From positions 38,224-102,223 of the forward strand of contig JAZNJZ010000033.1 in assembly GCA_045578325.1 (NCBI GenBank): a stretch of DNA of 64,000 nucleotides, in the 5' to 3' direction. Shown one piece after another: positions 60,239 through 64,000 of this stretch. The notes under the pieces were generated by a model that had not been told where the DNA came from, searched no databases, and worked only from the letters and a program-made list of their open reading frames with translations. Position 1 is the stretch's first letter. Every line of letters begins with the position of its first letter. Made by a program: the position numbers and the translations under genes. Source of the DNA: Eubacterium sp. Lineage in GTDB: Bacteria; Bacillota; Clostridia; Lachnospirales; Lachnospiraceae.

Positions 60239-61441
60239 TTATTTCCCAGAACGAGGTTTCTCGCACACAAAAATCCCCGCCTGCTTCGTAATACTAATAT
60301 AACCTTTTTTCGAAAGTTTCTCTTCAATAAAGTTCTTCAACCGTTCATACTCTGGCACCAAATACTCTTTTTGGTTGCCATGGCAAGACATAATATAATC
60401 CACCAGCGGCTGTGCTTCTGTCACCCGAAGCCTATCTGGATATTCCAGCACGGTTACTTTTTCGAAATATTGCTCCAACAGCTCTTTTCCATTCTCCAGC
60501 CCAAAGTTTTCGTACAAGGATACCGGCGACAAATGAACCTTGGGATTAAACTTCTGCACCATCTGCTCTACTTCCTTCATATGCTCTCGCCCATAGGTGG
60601 CACACACAAATCGTCCACTCCGTCGAAGCACGCGTCGAATTTCTGACAATGCTTGTTTGATATCCCTAAGATAAAACAACACAAAATTTGCCGTGATCAG
60701 ATCATAAGCACTGGCCGTTTTCTGGATCTGATGACAGTCCATAACTTCGTAGGAAAATGCATCGCATCCCACCGTTTCCAGCGCCGCTTGCGAATCTTCC
60801 AGCATGCCCGGAGAAATATCCGTCAACAGAACAGAAACCCCCTCCGGAATTCGCTTCCCATTCTCTTTCCATAGAGAACCATTCCCGCAACCAAGTTCCA
60901 ACACTTTCTCGCCCGCTTGCAACTTGTAATTCTCGTAAATCCACGAAAACCAACTTTGTGGATTTTCCGAAAAACGACTGTGAAGAGAAATCCTTGCATT
61001 AATATTTTTCCCATTTTGGTATTGTTCCACCAAATCCCGGTCCATATTAATGATTTGAATTAATTTTGTAATCTCATCCCAATCTGGTTGCTCATTTTCC
61101 CGAAACATACGAGATGCATTTTGAATCGATTCTTCTACCGCTTGCAAGTGCTCAATTTTCTTGCGCACAAGGGACAGCTGTAAGTCAAAGGAATGCTGAA
61201 TAAAATCCGTATTGGATTCGTGCAGGGACAACTCCCGGATCTCTTCCAACGAAAATCCAAGTAACTTTAACGTCAGGATTCGTTGGATTCTAGCAAATTC
61301 TTCCTCGCCATAATAACGATATCCATTTTCGCCAATCTCTCTCGGATAAATCAAGCCCTTTTTTTCATAGTATTGAATTGTCCGAACACTTACATTTGCC
61401 TTCTTTGCAAAGGTTCCTGTCGAATACAGCTTCTGTTCCAC
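60239..61441 (-). CDS. MerR-family regulator fused to class I SAM methyltransferase
   Basis: YSTG.FAK.ANVSVRTIQYY.K.GL..P...NGYRYY; VLELGCGNG, D.S.GML. Confidence 0.9.
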   Translation of the reverse strand: MEQKLYSTGTFAKKANVSVRTIQYYEKKGLIYPREIGENGYRYYGEEEFARIQRILTLKLLGFSLEEIRELSLHESNTDFIQHSFDLQLSLVRKKIEHLQAVEESIQNASRMFRENEQPDWDEITKLIQIINMDRDLVEQYQNGKNINARISLHSRFSENPQSWFSWIYENYKLQAGEKVLELGCGNGSLWKENGKRIPEGVSVLLTDISPGMLEDSQAALETVGCDAFSYEVMDCHQIQKTASAYDLITANFVLFYLRDIKQALSEIRRVLRRSGRFVCATYGREHMKEVEQMVQKFNPKVHLSPVSLYENFGLENGKELLEQYFEKVTVLEYPDRLRVTEAQPLVDYIMSCHGNQKEYLVPEYERLKNFIEEKLSKKGYISITKQAGIFVCEKPRSGK

Positions 61442-61495
61442 ATTCCCGCCTCCCTTCTACTCACAGTATAAACCACGACGTAGGGTAGTGGTCAA

Positions 61496-63442
61496 CTATT
61501 TTTTTCGTCTTCCCTCTTTTTTTCTATTATTTGGTTTCCCAACCCTTCCCTTTACGTTCTGAGAACCACCCTTTTTTCCACTCCGTTTGTCTGTTTTTTT
61601 GCGTCCAACATCCTTTGGCTTCTTTTCCATTTTTCGTGGTGGAATCAGACATTCCTCACCAAATCCAATCAAATCTTGGCGCCCCGCTTTCAACACCGCT
61701 CCCTTTACGAGTTCATAGTTCTCCGGCTTCCGATACTGAATCAATGCCCGTTGCATTGCCTTTTCACGTGGAGACTTCGGCACATAAATCGGTTTCATCG
61801 TCCGTGGATCCAACCCAGTATAATACATACAAGTGGAAATCGTCGCTGGCGTCGGATAGAAATCCTGCACCTGTTCTGGCATATACCCAAGATCTCTTAC
61901 ATATTCTGCCAGTTCTACCGCTTCCTTCAGAGTAGAGCCCGGATGAGAAGACATAAGATATGGCACTGCATATTGTTGTTTCCCTGTCAAGCGATTCACC
62001 TTGGCATATCGTTTTAAGAACGCCTCATACACCTGATTTCCTGGTTTCCCCATGGCATGAAGTACAGAATCCGATACATGTTCCGGAGCCACCCGCAACT
62101 GACCACTGATATGGTGGTTACAAAGTTCTTTCAAAAATGTATCATCCCGATCTGCCATGACATAATCAAATCGAATTCCTGAGCGCACAAACACTTTTTT
62201 CACTTTCGGTAACGCCCGCAATTTTCGCAATAATGCCACATAATCTTTATGGGTCACCTTCATATTGGCGCAAGGCTTCGGATATAGGCATTGCTTTTTC
62301 ACGCAAACCCCCTTTTCCATCTGCTTGTCACAGGCAGGACGTCGAAAATTCCCTGTAGGACCGCCCACATCGTGAATGTAGCCCTTAAATTCTCTGTGCT
62401 CCGTCATTGCCTTTGCTTCCGCCAAAATGGATTCGTGACTACGAACCTGGACAATCCGCCCCTGATGAAATGTCAACGCGCAGAAACTACATCCTCCAAA
62501 GCATCCACGACAACTGGTAAGACTAAACTGAATCTCACGAATTGCCGGCACACCTCCCATTTTCTCATACGTTGAATGATAAGTTCCCACATAAGGATAC
62601 GCATAAACATCATCCATTTCTTGCATTGTCAATGGTTTCGCTGGTGGATTTTGTACCACCAATACTTTTCCTGGATAGCGTTCAATCAGTGGTTTCGCTG
62701 TAAAAGGATCTGTATTTTCATATTGAGCCATAAAACTTTCCGCATATTTTCGTTTATCTGACGCCACTTCCTCATAGGACGGCAACATAATTCCATCGTA
62801 AACCTCCGTCCCTTCTTTGGTGCGATACACCGTTCCCGCCACAAATGTTATATCCTTTACATCTAGTCCACTATCCAGAGCGTCCGCGATTTCCAAAATA
62901 CTATGCTCTCCCATTCCGTAAGAAATCAGATCTGCCCCTGAATCCATAAGAATCGAACGCTTCACTTTATCCGACCAGTAATCATAATGAGACAATCGGC
63001 GCAAGCTTGCCTCGATCCCTCCTATGATAATTGGCGTCTTTTTAAAGGTACGACGAATGAGATTGGAATACACCACCGTGGCATAATCTGGTCGTTTTCC
63101 CGCCTTTCCACCTGGTGTATAGGCATCTTCGCTGCGTCGCTTTTTGTTCACAGTATAATGATTCACCATGGAATCCATATTACCACTGCTTACAAGAAAG
63201 CCCAGACGTGGTTCTCCCAGTACAGCAATACTCCCCTCATCCTTCCAATCCGGTTGAGAAATAATCCCTACCCGGTATCCATGAGCCTCTAAATGTCTGC
63301 TGATAATAGCAGGTCCAAAGGAAGAATGATCCACATAGGCATCCCCTGTCACAAATATAAAATCACACTGACTCCATCCCCGTTTCTTCATATCTGCCGG
63401 AGATATTGGCAAAAACTCCCTTTTCTCTTCTATCTTCATCAT
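61496..63442 (-). CDS. ygiQ: YgiQ-family radical SAM protein
   Basis: VTGDAYVDH.SFG, RGCFGGCSFC, RSGIRFDY, APEH, QVQDFYPTP. Confidence 0.93.
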   Translation of the reverse strand: MMKIEEKREFLPISPADMKKRGWSQCDFIFVTGDAYVDHSSFGPAIISRHLEAHGYRVGIISQPDWKDEGSIAVLGEPRLGFLVSSGNMDSMVNHYTVNKKRRSEDAYTPGGKAGKRPDYATVVYSNLIRRTFKKTPIIIGGIEASLRRLSHYDYWSDKVKRSILMDSGADLISYGMGEHSILEIADALDSGLDVKDITFVAGTVYRTKEGTEVYDGIMLPSYEEVASDKRKYAESFMAQYENTDPFTAKPLIERYPGKVLVVQNPPAKPLTMQEMDDVYAYPYVGTYHSTYEKMGGVPAIREIQFSLTSCRGCFGGCSFCALTFHQGRIVQVRSHESILAEAKAMTEHREFKGYIHDVGGPTGNFRRPACDKQMEKGVCVKKQCLYPKPCANMKVTHKDYVALLRKLRALPKVKKVFVRSGIRFDYVMADRDDTFLKELCNHHISGQLRVAPEHVSDSVLHAMGKPGNQVYEAFLKRYAKVNRLTGKQQYAVPYLMSSHPGSTLKEAVELAEYVRDLGYMPEQVQDFYPTPATISTCMYYTGLDPRTMKPIYVPKSPREKAMQRALIQYRKPENYELVKGAVLKAGRQDLIGFGEECLIPPRKMEKKPKDVGRKKTDKRSGKKGGSQNVKGRVGKPNNRKKEGRRKK

Positions 63443-63598
63443 TTCCTCCTGTCAACCTTGGTCATCCGTTCCCACATATTTACCTGCACATTTTACTGCG
63501 CTTGTTACAATAAGGCAGATTGATCTAATCCCAAAACAATAGACCAATCTGCCTCTATATAGACTCCTCTACAGATAAATTCTCTGGAAAGTATCCTC

Positions 63599-64000
63599 TT
63601 ACATGCACTCCACAGCTGCACGCTCGATGTCCAGCCCTGCTTTATATCTCACGATAAATTCATCAAAACCTTTCACATCCGCTGCATCTGGAGCAATGGT
63701 TTCGGCTTCATAACCAGAAAATACATGATTATTCAGATAATCATCCAAACTTTCGCCAGCTTCCTTGTTCTTCATATAAGAAGCCAACAACGCGATTCCC
63801 CATGCGCCGCCTTCGCCAGCTGTCTCCATAACCGATACTGGTGCGTTCATCGCAGCTGCCATAATACTCTGCCCAACACCTTTGGTCTTAAAGAGACCAC
63901 CATGACCAAGAATCTGATCCAGTTTCACACCCTCTTCTTTTAAAAGAATATCTAGGCCAACCTTCAACGCTCCCAGTGCTGTATACAAATTTACGCGCAT
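63599..64000 (-). CDS. FGGY-family carbohydrate kinase (xylulo/ribulokinase-like), 3' part only
   Basis: [12 protein letters not shown]...AAA, EGGAWG.ALLA; frame open at the window edge. Confidence 0.85.
   Translation of the reverse strand: MRVNLYTALGALKVGLDILLKEEGVKLDQILGHGGLFKTKGVGQSIMAAAMNAPVSVMETAGEGGAWGIALLASYMKNKEAGESLDDYLNNHVFSGYEAETIAPDAADVKGFDEFIVRYKAGLDIERAAVECM

Noticed and set aside
15196-63943. Numerous antisense or overlapping track ORFs (e.g. 15344-16150, 39216-39872, 42135-43007, 14018-14644)
   Set aside because: Shadow frames opposite well-supported genes, with no RBS or family motifs.

Overview
Low-GC Firmicute chromosome; gene content and ribosomal protein sequences suggest Lachnospiraceae/Clostridia. 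Housekeeping content: recJ (partial), a rubrerythrin/PerR peroxide-stress cluster, clpB, luxS, ilvE, a polyamine operon, the S10-spc-alpha ribosomal superoperon (28.4-45.5 kb), yajC/tgt/rarA/yigZ, a class A PBP, rmlB/rmlD and ygiQ. The most notable feature is the spore-coat operon cotJA-cotJB-cotJC. cotJC is split at Gly62 by a 2,465-bp element that encodes a large serine recombinase, a 56-aa candidate directionality factor missed by the ORF track, and an internally deleted cargo gene. A GG(T) core flanked by symmetric arms predicts precise, in-frame excision, as for skin-type elements. Just downstream, a 4.5-kb islet of secreted Lys-rich proteins is bounded by an exact 51-bp direct repeat. 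Other notable items are a secreted CBM2-CBM2-helveticin-J-like fusion, a ClC protein with its key transport residues substituted or missing, a 170-bp MITE-like element, and clusters of short hairpins in intergenic gaps. All family calls come from motif recognition by eye; no database search was run.
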